Below are positions 1-13,827 of a DNA stretch of 64,000 nt, piece by piece (the first letter of the stretch is position 1; every line of letters starts with the position of its first letter). The notes beneath the pieces were generated by a model that saw nothing but the letters and a program-made list of their open reading frames with translations, was not told the DNA's origin and did no database searches. The position numbers were made by a program, and so were the translations under genes. The DNA comes from Eledone cirrhosa. Taxonomy: Eukaryota. The stretch covers positions 30,752,001 through 30,816,000 of the forward strand of contig OZ024756.1 of assembly GCA_964016885.1 (NCBI GenBank). The letters are read 5' to 3'.

Positions 1-907
1 ATCATAATTATTTTTTCTCTCTATCATAAATCTTTTTAATCTCAATTTCATCCTTAATTTATTAATTTATTATTTTTTTCTCCCCATCAACGAACTCATT
101 ATTAATACATATTAACTCTTTATTCGCACATATTATCAATTCAATATACAAACTTTAACTTTACATTATTTTTCTCAAATCCTTCTACACACAAACCTTA
201 ACAATTTTTCTCTTCGCTAATTTTGAAATTGCCACAATACATACATTTCTTCTTTTGACGTTAGAATATTCACCCACAATTATTATTTTTTTCTCTCTAT
301 CTTCATACATAATTTCCCTTCGTTAATTTTCAAATTCCTTTAATTTATACATTATCTTCCAACGGTTCCCAACCTCTCTATATTAAAACAATATATCTTT
401 TTCTCAGTTATAAAAACTATCTCTTTCTCTCTATCACCCATCTCTCCCTCTCCACCTTCACTCTCATCTCCTCCCCCTTTTTTCATCCCCCCCCCCTCCC
501 TAAATAAAATATTTTTTCCTCGCACATATCCTCCCTTCGTTAATTTTCAAAATTTTTAATTTATACAGTATCTTCCAACGGTTTTCAACCCTTCTATGTA
601 AAAAATATATCTCCTCTCAGTTATAAAAACTATCTCTTTCTCTCTATCACCCATCTCTCCCTCTCATCTCCTTCCCTTTTCATCCCCCCCCTCTCTAAAT
701 AAAACATTTTTCCCAATATCACACATCAATCTAAAACCACTTTTCATATGTTGATTTAAAACTGCACTATCCACAAGTGTTTTTTAGCCTTCATATCATG
801 TTCTCCTGTTTTATCTGATGAAAACACAAATATTATTGCTTGATGATGTTTGTTTTTGAAATGCGCATAATAAAATATATGGAACTCCTTTAACCATCTT
901 TTGATCT

Positions 908-913
<6 letters not shown>
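1..913 (+). mobile_element. 3' terminal region of a second, diverged copy of the Penelope-like element (continues beyond window start)
   Basis: Colinear with about 32210-33125 with substitutions and indels. Ends in the same ...ttaaccatcttttgatcttatatt and runs into (TA)n. Confidence 0.92.
800..885 (+). ncRNA. Type I minimal hammerhead ribozyme in the PLE terminal repeat
   Basis: TTTTAT-CTGATGA(815-821)-stem II-GAAA(858-861)-TGCGCA-TA-ATAAAA. Confidence 0.85.
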
Positions 914-951
<38 letters not shown>

Positions 952-1339
952 GAAGAGAGAGAGAGGGAGCGAGGGAATGAACCATTCTTATGATGCTATG
1001 GCGGAATCTGGAGGTAACTTCTGAACTTCTGAGGTCCTCTCAGCGGTAGGCAGGTCATTTCGTGCAGATATCTCTCCTAATTTCCACAGTAGAATATCGT
1101 TACTTTTACTCCACGTATTGCCCTCGATGGAACATTGGAACATATATCTAAGAGAAAAGTCTAGAACATCGATGACTAATAAATGAAGGCGAAGAGCAAT
1201 CTTTTGATATATAGACTCCTTTTCTTTTGTATCATCGATAAAGGTCTCATAACAACTAATTCCCCAAAATTTATCCGAAAATATAAAATGTTTAATGTAG
1301 TAAATATTGTAAAATATTCAACAAAAAATATATTTTGTC

Positions 1340-1680
1340 TAATCACAGCCACAAGAATGTGGTCCGAACGTGGAAGAGCGGATCAACCACTGTTATCGCC
1401 TCCATCTCTCTCGTCCTCCCCATCTCTCTCTATGGTGAGCAAATGGGGTCTCACGTGCTGGCCTCTCCACAGCCCCGGCGGACAGAATGGAGAAGGCGTT
1501 TTGCCAGAGGATGGTAATGAAGATGCGCTAGAAGGGTCATTCCATCTCGGCAGGCTTACACCTGCGGCTGGCAGGTGAGTAGGGAGGTGGTCCCAGGGCC
1601 AAGGACACCAGAAGTATCCACTGCCAAGGGCACGACCGCAAACCTGTCGGTGAGCGACCGATTATCCACTGAGCTACGAG
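1340..1680 (-). mobile_element. Degenerate 3' fragment of a CRE-like non-LTR retrotransposon (restriction-like endonuclease C-terminus + 3' UTR)
   Basis: Minus strand reads RSLTDRFAVVPLAVDTSGVLGPGTTSLL...EME*PF*RIFITILWQNAFSILSAG, matching the CRE motifs PxAxETxGxxG and QRxSxAxxRGNA. Confidence 0.75.
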
Positions 1681-1765
1681 CTTTGCTCTAAATAGTATAA
1701 ACTAAACAACAAATGCACTTAACCCGAAGGCATCTAATATAAGTGACAATCTTATTTAAGTCTGT

Positions 1766-1934
1766 AGGGCGGTGGTTTGGCAGAATCGGTAGAGCGTCAG
1801 ACACCATGCTTTGCAGAATAGTTATGGCCCTTTGCGTTCTGAGTTCAAATCCGCCGAGGTTAACTTTGCCGATGAAATAAAGTGCCAGTGATCCACTGAG
1901 GTAATCGCTGGCCTTGTGCCAAAAGTAGAAACTC
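1766..1934 (+). mobile_element. tRNA-derived SINE, family A (Deu/Nin-like core)
   Basis: Box A TGGCAGAATCGG, box B GAGTTCAAATCC. 13-bp target-site duplication (TSD) TATTTAAGTCTGT at 1753-1765 and 1935-1947. Confidence 0.88.
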
Positions 1935-3906
1935 TATTTAAGTCTGTGAATCGTTAACACGTGTCTTTAAATATCTCGGTATATTCATGACTCACTGCGC
2001 ACTGAGTACAAATCCGATCGATGTCGATGTTTTCATTCAACTTTTAATGATCGAGTAAAAGTATACCAGTTTATTAGTAGAGGATTGGCAGATTAGTTAA
2101 TGATTCGATGTATGAGCCTGCTCTGTGCATTCCGAGTTTAAATCCCATCTCGTTTTGCCAGGAGTTGTTGTGTCCAGCAGATAATATCAGTAATGGAAAG
2201 ACCAAAGGAATCATTGTATTATTAGGATCTTTCTTTCCTTTATTTAAGCTGTTAACTGCCTTGCTAAGGTATTGGAAAGACTACATCACTTGTGTAATTT
2301 CTTTTTACTTCAGTTCATTTACTTTATTTTAGAAAATAGAAGGATAGGATTGGATTGTCTGATTAGATCACATTGATACGTTTTCATTGGTTTTTCCATT
2401 AATGATACTTTCTGCAATAACTGTTTCTTTTTTGTAAAAGTTGAGCTTTGAATTGTACCGTAACTTTGAATATCAGAAGATACATTATAAATATTGAATG
2501 CATGATCATGCCGTCTTCAATCCTGGATATACATGTCCATCTCTTTATAAGAATATATATTGTGACTTTAACGAGATTTAATTGCTATTTCTAGGAAGAT
2601 GATCAACCCTATAGGTTTTCTTTTATTTAGCGCATATCTTTGATCATCCCAGCAGTTGGTAGGTTCTTTCGTGCAAATATCTGCTGTAATTTCTACAGCA
2701 TAATATTGTTACCTTTATATAACACATTGGTTTTGATGGAATATATATGCCAGAAGTGAATGCTTTGATATATCGCTCAGTGGGATATATTGATGACTAA
2801 ATCAAATGAATATTTATGTTAGCTACACTTAATAAATTAAATAACTAACAGAAGTACAAGCCAAAAAGATAAGCCTCTATATAGTTGATCGATTTGCTAG
2901 AAACAGCCACCAAATATCTTTCAAAATCTCTTTAGAAAAGGGGAAGGATATATTGCACTATGTAGTTTTGGATATGATGTTCTATATGCGAAAGTAGGTA
3001 AAGATATTCCCGGTAGAAACACTCTTGATCATAAGTTTGTTGAGTCGAGGTTCAATCTTGAACTAAATAACAGCGACAACAAGGCAATGAGGGAACTTAA
3101 ATTTGCTTGCTTTGCCTGTTAGAAATAGAAGACTTATCTCATAGGAGAACTGACAATTTGAATATTGTGGTGTTGAATGACCAATAACTAAATTAATGAT
3201 TCTTTGATCACGGCATGGAGTATTTAAATCCTAGTTTTCCTGAACCAATGTCAATTCCTTCAATTCCGGTAGATTGGACTGCTGTTTCTAGTAGATTCAC
3301 TGATTAGGTAAAGTAACACATACTCACTCTTTCTAACTTTCTCTCATCTCTCTCTCACTCTCTCTCTCGCGCTTTCTGTGTGCCAGTGTCTCTCTTTTTC
3401 TCTGTCACTCTCTCTTTCTTCCTTCTCTATCTATCTATTTCTCTCGCTTTCTCTCTTTATCATCATCGTGTGTTAAGGGTTCTATCGTGATATAAGAGAG
3501 ATTTAGTTGCTATTCCTAGCAGATTCAATGATTATGGAAAATGACACACAATGTGTCTTTCTCTCATTTTCACTCTCCCCTCTCACCCTGGTTGGTTTTG
3601 TGTTGAATAGATTTGACAACGATTTCAATACAAATTTCTTTTCCAAGTCTGTCTGCATTTATAAATTTCTATTATTATTATTATTATTATTATTTTAGAT
3701 TTTATGAATTTTCAAATTTCATATTAACGTGTTTTCAAGTACCAACATACTTGTGTAGAAATTGCAGAACAGAATCCAATAAGATGAAATAAAACATTAA
3801 ATATGAAAAAAGTTTTTTGAAAAAATTACCAAAATTAAAATTTGAAAACACCAACTGAAATTTAATTAAAACTTCAAAAGAAGTGCAAACTTTAATCCAC
3901 GTTTGG

Positions 3907-3937
<31 letters not shown>

Positions 3938-3977
3938 TATGTATGTATATATGTATATATGTATATATATGTATATA

Positions 3978-4033
<56 letters not shown>

Positions 4034-4554
4034 ATACATACATAATGTATATATTTTTCAGTTCTTTCATGAAATTTATATTCAAATACAGTTTTCATTT
4101 TGAAATTTTCAAGTATACACATTTCTGTTTTTACAGTTAGACATTTCAAAAAGAAGGTAAGCGAAGGAATGGGAAAGATCAATAATGAAAGAAAGAACGA
4201 AAGAGAGTGTCTGTGTGTGTATGAGAGAGAGAGAGAGAGAGAGGGGGGAGAGAGAGGTGGTGAGAGAAAGATATATAACGATATGTAACGAAAGAAATAG
4301 GAAAAGAAATTCGACAGCACACATTACTCAAGGTGACACAGTATTTTGAGATGATTAGTTGCTATTTTTCTTGTTGTGGTAAGGGAGGTTGTTGTTGTTG
4401 TTGCTGTTGTTTAACCCCAAGTAAGCTGTTTTAAGTGAGCAGCGGCGAATTAGTACAGTTATTGCTGCGTTGGACAAGATTCCTTACGGAAGTTATCCAG
4501 TAGTTATCCGGCTCTTTTAGTAAATCTAGACTGCGTCTTATATTATTTATAAGA

Positions 4555-4656
4555 CTGACCAGAGCTCAAGCCGTTTCGACGGCTATTTCTGGACTGAGTC
4601 CAGAAATAGCCGTCGAAACGGCTTGAGCCCTGCCGTCGGGGGTCATACTTTTTCCT
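4555..4656. repeat. Small fold-back element, AGCCGT-TTCG-ACGGCT family
   Basis: About 65-nt palindrome plus tail into (TA)n. Relatives at 6327-6378, 20356-20418 and 48498-48610. Confidence 0.8.
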
Positions 4657-5282
4657 ATATATATATAGAGAGAGAGAGAGGGAGAGAGAGTAGGTAGGTA
4701 GGTAGATAGATAGTAAAAGAAACGAAAACAGAAAGAGAGAGGGAGAGTTAGTGAGAAAGGGGTGGATATAAGCTTCCTTACGTCTAATATTTCTATAATG
4801 TCAGTATATATACATATCTATCTCTTTACATGGTCATCACTTATTTTTCTCCCAATCATTTCAACATTGATGGAAGCTGCCGATTTTGGCACCAATTGTA
4901 GAATTCTATAACGTAATTAAACCTGTGTCTCATATTAAACAATTTAAACATTCGCCGGCGGATAGAAATCCTAGGTAGAAAATTTCCAAGTTCATTTGGT
5001 TGGTATAAATGACATTACAAATGTACACGTGAATATGTCTAATTTGATCCACTTGGTTATATTACTCGATTCCAACGATCTAATTATTATGATTCTTGTA
5101 AATAGCGGTTTAAATGTCGAAAGTTGTACACTAAAGTATTACACTAAATAAAATACATTATGGTTGGTATATATAATTATCTCTTTTAGTTAGTTATATA
5201 CGAACTGACTTTAAAGTTCAGCTAAGGTTAACTTCAGCTTCACTGACGTTGATGGTAGATGAAATGTACTAACAAAATAATT

Positions 5283-5456
5283 GTTTCTACTTTTGGCACA
5301 AGGCCAGCAATTATCCCAGTACATTACTGGTACTTTATTGTATCGACCCTGTAAGGATGAAAAGCAAAGTTAACCTCGGCGGGATTTGAACTCAGATCAT
5401 AAAGGGACATAACTATGCTGGAAATGCATTGTGTCCGACTCTCTACCGATACTGCC
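5283..5456 (-). mobile_element. tRNA-derived SINE, family A
   Basis: Reverse complement of the family A consensus (ggatttgaactcag; aaggatgaaaagcaaagttaacctcggcgg). Confidence 0.88.
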
Positions 5457-5567
5457 TTTGAAATGGTTTAATCGATTGTATTCATAACACTCTACATTTA
5501 TGATTGTCTGCACAACACCGAAAATATTTATCTATATACAGCCTGCTATTTAAAGTTTTAACTCTAA

Positions 5568-5762
5568 CAGACCTGTCAACTCTCCTCGTCAGATGGGGAG
5601 ATTTCCCACCCACTTTGGGCTGGGTGAGTGATGTTTTCTCTTGTGAAAATGGGTAGAGCTTTCATTATGTAAAATCTCCCCATTTTGCCTCATTTCTCGC
5701 CGTTTTCGGGCACTTTTTTTCGTGGTACTCTCCGTTTGGGTTTTGAAAGGTTGGCAGGTCTG
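5568..5762. mobile_element. Probable MITE with hAT-like CAG termini
   Basis: TIRs CAGACCTGTCAAC / GTTGGCAGGTCTG (1 mismatch). No clear TSD. Confidence 0.55.
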
Positions 5763-5979
5763 CTCTGTCTATGTTAGAAATAATTATGTATGCATGGCAC
5801 CGTAATTCCTGAAGAAAATGTAGGGGCGTTGTAGTAGCTTAGGGAATTTCTCGGGCGTTTTAAATCCTCTCCAGGTCTGAATACAGCAGATTTCTTCCAG
5901 AGAAAGTTAGAAAGAAAGAATGGAAATGAAGAAGAGATATGAAGGAGGATATGAATGATACTTGTTTTTGTTTTCTTTG

Positions 5980-6080
5980 TCGACATCGAATGGATGAAAT
6001 GCAATGGATGAAAGGCAAAGATGACTTCGGCGGGATTTGAACTCAGAGAACAGAAGCCGAAACGAATACCACAAGGCATT
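5980..6080 (-). mobile_element. Partial family A SINE
   Basis: ggatgaaaggcaaagatgacttcggcgggatttgaactcaga. Confidence 0.7.
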
Positions 6081-6654
6081 CAATGGAATTAATAACATAA
6101 GAGGAGACAGAACGACTCTAAACCAAATACTGTACCATATATGCCAGGAATTCTATGCCATTTAGACGATTGCTATGAATCGTGGTTGAATTATGCTACC
6201 ATCATAAAGAAGATATATATATATATAATTATATATATATATATAATTATATATATATATATAATTATATATATATATATAATTATATATATATATATAA
6301 TTATATATATATATATATATATATATAGGAAAATGTTTGACCCCGACGGCAGAGCTCAAGCCGTTTCGACGGCTATATCTATTAAATGTTTTGAGAAAAC
6401 AATGCCAATTTTTCGAACAAATATATTCAATGTCTTACAGTTGTTTCGGAAATCAATATTCTACTCATCCAGCAGATAATTATTGATTATAAAATCGATA
6501 ATAGTAAATGACAATCAAAAATGAAAAGTTTGGCATATAATTCCCCTAACTAATCTGTTATCTCTCCTCCTCGAATAGTTTATGTGCATAATTTTGATCT
6601 GTCTCTCTCTCTCTCACTATCTCACTCTCTCTCTCTCTCTCTCTCACTCACTCA

Positions 6655-6725
<71 letters not shown>

Positions 6726-6848
6726 CACACATAATTATTTTAAAAATAAAGGATTAGAAGTTGTTATTTATTCTTACCCTTCTACGCTCGTTCCAATGTC
6801 CATTGAGTTTCTCTTACCGTACGAAAGAGAATAGTGAACTACTACGCT

Positions 6849-6898
<50 letters not shown>

Positions 6899-7437
6899 GG
6901 GGGGGGGGGGGTTCTGTGTGTGTAGATAGAGAGATATGAATACACGAATGCAAGCAGAAGTTATATATGTCAAGTGGAACAGATTGATGCTGAAAAGATA
7001 ATGTGAGAGAGAGAATGAGAGTGTGTGAGTGTGTATGTGTGAGTGTATATTTGTGTGTGAGTGTATATGTGTGAGTGTGGGTGTCTGGATATATGTGTGT
7101 ATATATGTGAGTGGGTATAGCATACACACATATACAAGAAACAAGTGACCTTGCTATGATAGGAATAAATGTAAGTTGAAGGCGCAAACACTGCGCACTT
7201 GAAAAATTCATTGAAAAATGCTGAAGAAAGAAGAAACATAAATGGAAAAACAAGAAGACTGTGAATGGCTTTTTGGAAAACACTTCAGACATAAACAATT
7301 ATATATTCCTATTACTGTTCACTATATATATGTTTATATATATATATGTATATATATATACATCATATATATGTATATGTATATCGCAGTTTTAGGAGAA
7401 CGAAATTTTGTGTGTGCATACATATACACATTCACAT

Positions 7438-7540
<103 letters not shown>

Positions 7541-7701
7541 AACTTTCGTTCTCAAAAAAATACAATATATTGTAGTTGTTATAATATTATAAGTCATTAT
7601 TTTTTCTCTGGCGCAAATATATATTCAAGCAGGCACATACACGCATACGCACACTTACAAACCCCCACACACCCGCGTACACACACACACCCACACACAC
7701 A

Positions 7702-7746
<45 letters not shown>

Positions 7747-8041
7747 ATACACACTCACTCACTCACCAGATATATGGGAATTTCCGAAGAAAACTCCAGA
7801 CATATATATAAACACAAGCAATTAATAAATATACAAGCTACTATCCATAGTGAAATATAGATATACATAAATACACATACAGTCATACACACACACGTAT
7901 ATCTATGCATATACACCCATAAGATATTCAATACATATATACAATTACATACACGGTTTTTTTTCTAAAATTCTGTAAGAAGAAAATAATAAAATAACAG
8001 TGAAATGTCTTTAGAATCTGAGACGTTTGAAAAATTGGTTC

Positions 8042-9088
8042 CAGAAACACACACATGCAGACACGCGCACACTCCCACACACACAGGCAGAGATAAACAC
8101 ACATACGCCAACACATTTACACTCACATACACAAAAACACACATACAGAAACACACACATGCAGACACGCGCACACTCTCACACATACAGGCAGAGATAA
8201 ACACACATACGCCCACACATTTACACTCACATACACAAACACACACATACAGAAACACACATACAGACACGCGCACACTCCCACACACATAGGCAGAGAT
8301 AAACACACATACGCCCACACATTTACACTCACATACACAAACACACACATACAGAAACACACACATGCAGACACGCGCACACTCCCACACACACAGGCAG
8401 AGATAAACACACATACGCCCACACATTTACACTCACATACACAAACACACACATACAGAAACACACACATACAGACACGCGCACACTCCCACACACACAG
8501 GCAGAGATAAACACACATACGCCCACACATTTACACTCACATACACAAACACACACATACAGAAACACACACATGCAGACACGCGCACACTCCCACACAC
8601 ACAGGCAGAGATAAACACACATACGCCCACACATTTACACTCACATACACAAACACACACATACAGAAACACACACATGCAGACACGCGCACACTCCCAC
8701 ACACACAGGCAGAGATAAACACACATACGCCCACACATTTACACTCACATACACAAACACACACATACAGAAACACACACATGCAGACACGCGCACACTC
8801 CCACACACACAGGCAGAGATAAACACACATACGCCAATACATTTACACTCACATACACAAACACACACATACAGAAACACACACATACAGACACGCGCAC
8901 ACTCCCACACACACAGGCAGAGATAAACACACATACGCCCACACATTTACACTCACATACACAAACACACACATACAGAAACACACACATGCAGACACGC
9001 GCACACTCCCACACACACAGGCAGAGATAAACACACATACGCCAATACATTTACACTCACATACACAAACACACATATACAGAAACAC
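8042..9088. repeat. CA-rich minisatellite, 104-bp unit, about 10 copies
   Basis: Unit cagaaacacacacatgcagacacgcgcacactccc...ggcagagataaac... recurs every 104 bp; the ORF track also repeats at 104-bp offsets. Confidence 0.95.
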
Positions 9089-9481
9089 CATCTTTAAAAA
9101 ATGGCACACAGAATAGTGGCAACCACACAAACAGACACAAACTTGAAACTAGTACAGCGTTCCTTTGTCAGTGTTGAGCAAACGAGCAACGATGGTTGCT
9201 AGACACTACGGCTTAATACGGGATGTTTGTTTACAAACACATCGAGCATTATAATAAATGTTCGGTGAATCCATACGTACATATATATATGTGTGCATGT
9301 ATGTATATATATATATATATATACATACTGCTGTACGTCTGTATACATATATGTATGTACGTATACATACTTATATTTAAGTAACAGCCGTACTAAGAGT
9401 GGGAAATGAAATTTCGTTTCATTTTTTCCGTTTATATATATATATATACATATATATATATTATATTATATTATATTATAT

Positions 9482-9541
<60 letters not shown>

Positions 9542-9969
9542 TATAATATTATATTATATATAATATATATATATGTATATATATGTATATATTTATTTTT
9601 ACACATATAGACAGGAACACATACAGAGAGACTCACTCACACATATAGACAGGGACACATAGAGAGACACATGCACATACAGAGAAATTAAGAGGCACAC
9701 ACCCACATATACAGAGATACTTACACAAACCCAGAGATATTCAATTATTCACATAGAAAGTTACACATTCCAAGGCACAGAATCACACATTGAAATATAG
9801 AAGCCTTTGGCAGCAACCAATATTCTTGTAATAAATGAAATATATAAGAGGTTCTACCGTTTGAAATTACTTTTGAAAAATATATTCATCAGACTCTTGT
9901 CCCCAAGAAATTATTTCTAATGTTTATTTCAAAATGTCAACGTGTTTGAAGTGTGCCTGATACAACTAT

Positions 9970-10020
<51 letters not shown>

Positions 10021-10147
10021 GAAGAGAGAAGAAACATTTAGATATAATTAGTAATAAAATGTATCATAGCAACATCGGTAAGGTTGGCACCATTAACTCA
10101 CGGTTGGATGTGGATGCATTCATGTATATGTGTGTTTCTAAATATAT

Positions 10148-10195
<48 letters not shown>

Positions 10196-10254
10196 TATGT
10201 ATATAAATAAAGATTCGGCGAGAATCGCACATCGGCGGGCAGGAAAAGCGAAGC

Positions 10255-10357
10255 GAAACGCAAAAATCAGAAATTATACTGGCAAAGTGGTCAATAGTTA
10301 AAAACCAAAGCTAAACAATATATATATATATATAAATACATATATGTATATATAGAT

Positions 10358-10441
<84 letters not shown>

Positions 10442-10552
10442 CTATATATACATATATGTATTTATATATATATATATTGTTATATATATTGTTTAGCTTT
10501 GGTTTTTAACTATTGACCACTTTGCCAGTATAATTTCTGATTTTTGCGTTTC
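10255..10552. repeat. Palindrome with unique arms around (CA)n(TA)n(TG)n
   Basis: gaaacgcaaaaatcag...gctaaacaata is mirrored by tattgtttagc...ctgatttttgcgtttc. Confidence 0.9.
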
Positions 10553-10581
10553 TCTTTATATATATATATATATATATATAC

Positions 10582-11084
10582 AGTTTTGCGAGGTTTTTGA
10601 TATGAAATCGTGTGTCGAAACAAATATTGTTATACTTGGTGAGGGTCATATTTGTGTAATAATATTGCCAGAATTAATAACAGAACACACTCCCTGTTTG
10701 GTTGGTTTTCGCTTCTGTGTCTTTTATATCGGTTAATTTAATTTATTCGGTCCTCAATGTTGCCATTGACTGACCAACGGTCAAAAATACAAATATAATA
10801 TAGACACAAACACATATATATATATATAGTCTATATGATAGACTATATATATGTGTTTGTGTCTATATTATATTTGTATTTGTGACCGTTTGTCAGTCAA
10901 TGGCAACATTGAGGACCGAATAAATTAAATTAACCGATATAAAAGACACAGAAGCGAAAACCAACCAAACAGGGAGTGTGTTCTGTTATTAATTCTGGCA
11001 ATATTATTACACAAATATGACCCTCCCCAAGTATAACAATATTTGTTTCGACACACGATTTCATATAAAAAACCTCGCAAAACT
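10582..11084. repeat. About 500-bp near-perfect palindrome between (TA)n tracts
   Basis: Arms of about 245 bp, centre atagtctatatgatagactat. Single-arm relatives at 11115-11310, 14640-14812 and 48712-48930. Confidence 0.93.
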
Positions 11085-11375
11085 ATATATATATATATAT
11101 ATATATATAAATACACCTCGTTTTTTAATTTGTTTTGCAAGATTTCTTATCTGAAAAACAGATATTGTTATACTTTGGGAGGGTCATGTTGCACATAAAA
11201 ACACACGCACCTGTCGGTTTTCACTTTATTTATTATAAATTTATTATAAATTTATTATAAATTTCCGCCTGGTAGGTTGGTTCTATATTCGGATGGTTGT
11301 TTATATATTGTGTGTTGTTTTATCTTAATTATCACTATTACTACTATTACTATTATCGATATTATTATTATTATT

Positions 11376-11717
11376 TCATTTATCTTTCTTTATGTTCATA
11401 CTAGTTATCACCAAGTCATACCCAGTGGCCTCAAGGTCCGCCATTTTCAAGAAAGTACACATACTCACATACATGTATCTTTAGGCGTTTAGACCTGTGA
11501 TGTATTTATATTGACAGAATATTCCTTAGTATATGGGCAGTTCCCATTGTTACTTTCTTTTATATTTCTTCTATGCGCGGATTTCCTGGAATTTGGGATA
11601 AGTAATCATTAGACCCTTTGGGTATAATTCCTAAAGCGCCTAGAACCACTGGTATTGTTTTAGGTCTCAAATTCCCCATTTTTCAAATCTCTACCTCCAT
11701 ATCTTTATACTTGCTCA

Positions 11718-11720
<3 letters not shown>
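11376..11720 (-). mobile_element. 5'-truncated R4/Dong-like non-LTR retrotransposon fragment
   Basis: Minus strand reads KLSKYKDMEVEI..NLRPKTIPVVLGALGIIPKG..IPGNPRIEEI*KKVTMGTAHILRNILSI*, the RLE C-terminus. Flanked by (TAA)n. Confidence 0.82.
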
Positions 11721-11754
<34 letters not shown>

Positions 11755-12265
11755 GGAAGGGCAAGCAGTTTTTATCTGTCTGGTGGCCATGGTGAAAAAT
11801 ATAGTATTGTGGACGCGTCTGAAAGGGCTGAAGACGAGCACATACCTCTTCGGTGATGCCCTGATTAACTTTTTCCAATTTCATTTGAAAAGGAAAATCA
11901 GGGTAGAGAGGGAAGTGCTCTCTTCCCAGCTTTTTGTTGAAAGATGGGTGAGAGAGGCAAGAATGGCCCGAGTGAATGGACCTACTCTGAGTATATGCCT
12001 GTAAATTGAAGGTGGAAAACTGGGAGAGGACACTTGCCCTGGTGGTCAGGGTCACCGTGGCATTTTTTAATGGGATTTCTCCACGATGGCCCTCGGAAGT
12101 CTCCCCCCCCCTATTGGGGAATTTTTTATTGTTCTTTTATTACATCCTCTGTATTTTGTTTTTTTACACGCAGAAATACCCATTTGTACCGTCCTGTATT
12201 ATCTATTGTCCTGTACTGTTCTTAATGTCTACTTTTGTAAACCCTTGTGGTTAATAAAGAAAGCA
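11755..12265 (+). mobile_element. 5'-truncated Tx1/L1-like LINE 3' end
   Basis: Open frame EGQAVFICLVAMVKNIVLWTR...KRKIRVERE..FVERWV..CL* (stop 12004), then 3' UTR, AATAAA near 12253, (ATT)n on both sides. Clade assignment rests on general C-terminal resemblance. Confidence 0.6.
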
Positions 12266-12576
12266 TTATTATTATTATTATTATTATTATTATCGTTGTT
12301 GTTGATATGCCAGAATCGTTAGAGATGTGTTTTTCTATTGCTCGCATCGCATTTATACGTTATAGATTATTACATTCAATTTCATTTCCACTTGATATTT
12401 TTATATTGCAGATTTAACGAAGCAGTCTTCATAATGTCGATGACCAACACAGGAAAATAAACAGATGAGATTGTTCTGATGCCAACATTTCAACAATTAC
12501 TGTCGTCTTATCGGAATAATTAGACTCTGTAATACTGTTGCTTTACAGAAAAGCTATATACATATATATGTATATA

Positions 12577-12752
<176 letters not shown>

Positions 12753-12773
12753 AATATATATACATATATATAT

Positions 12774-12825
<52 letters not shown>

Positions 12826-12850
12826 ATATGTGTGTGTGTATACATACATA

Positions 12851-12922
<72 letters not shown>

Positions 12923-13002
12923 TGTGTGTATGTCTGTCTGTGTTTGTGCATGTTTGTGTCTGTGTGTGGGGGATTATTTCCTACGCTATAGTAACAATTG
13001 TT

Positions 13003-13135
13003 TCTTTAGCTGTCTAACTCACATTATCCCATTTTGTAATGACTCCATTTTGTATTGGTTGTCAATACAAAATGGCGTCAATACAAGCTAAAAGCGCGAT
13101 TCTGTCTCAGGAAAAATCTAAAATAGACAGCCAAA
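13003..13135. repeat. Small imperfect palindrome (MITE-like)
   Basis: gactccattttgtattg/caatacaaaatggcgtc hairpin with outer tttagctgtcta/tagacagccaaa. Confidence 0.55.
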
Positions 13136-13253
13136 TATACAATTGTACTGAAATGACATGGTAGTTAGTGTAATCTCTCTTTTCTCCCTTTCTTACTCTT
13201 TCTCTCTGTCTAACTCTCTCTCACTCTCTCTTTCTCTTCCTCTCTGTCACACA

Positions 13254-13295
<42 letters not shown>

Positions 13296-13454
13296 ATATA
13301 TATATATACATATATATAGAGAGAGATAGATAGATAGATACACACGCATATATATATATATATATATATATAAAATAATTAAGTCAAATATGTAAAATTT
13401 GGCTTCGTTTATTATAAATTATAGATATACTGCTATATATATTTCGGTAACAGC

Positions 13455-13491
<37 letters not shown>

Positions 13492-13511
13492 GATAGATAG
13501 ATAGATACACA

Positions 13512-13577
<66 letters not shown>

Positions 13578-13771
13578 TTTATTGACTTGTATCGAGACAG
13601 ACAAATTGTATTCACTTTTATTAGTTTATTTCATTAATAGCTAACTTTGTCTGTTGCAATGTAAACACATTTCGTGTTTATCATATACTTTAAATGTATT
13701 TAACTGCTCGGAAGAGCCCCTTCCTGGAGCTTAATTATTGTAAACGACTGAGAGTTTATTCTCAAAATATA

Positions 13772-13827
<56 letters not shown>

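Noticed and set aside
1183-1578. 131-aa GC-richer ORF as a host exon
   Set aside because: It is the antisense reading of the CRE-like retroelement fragment.
2430-3530. Repeated gagatt...gctatttctag.ag motif (also near 4350 and 38050)
   Set aside because: Probably an old dispersed repeat, but too diverged to set boundaries or class.
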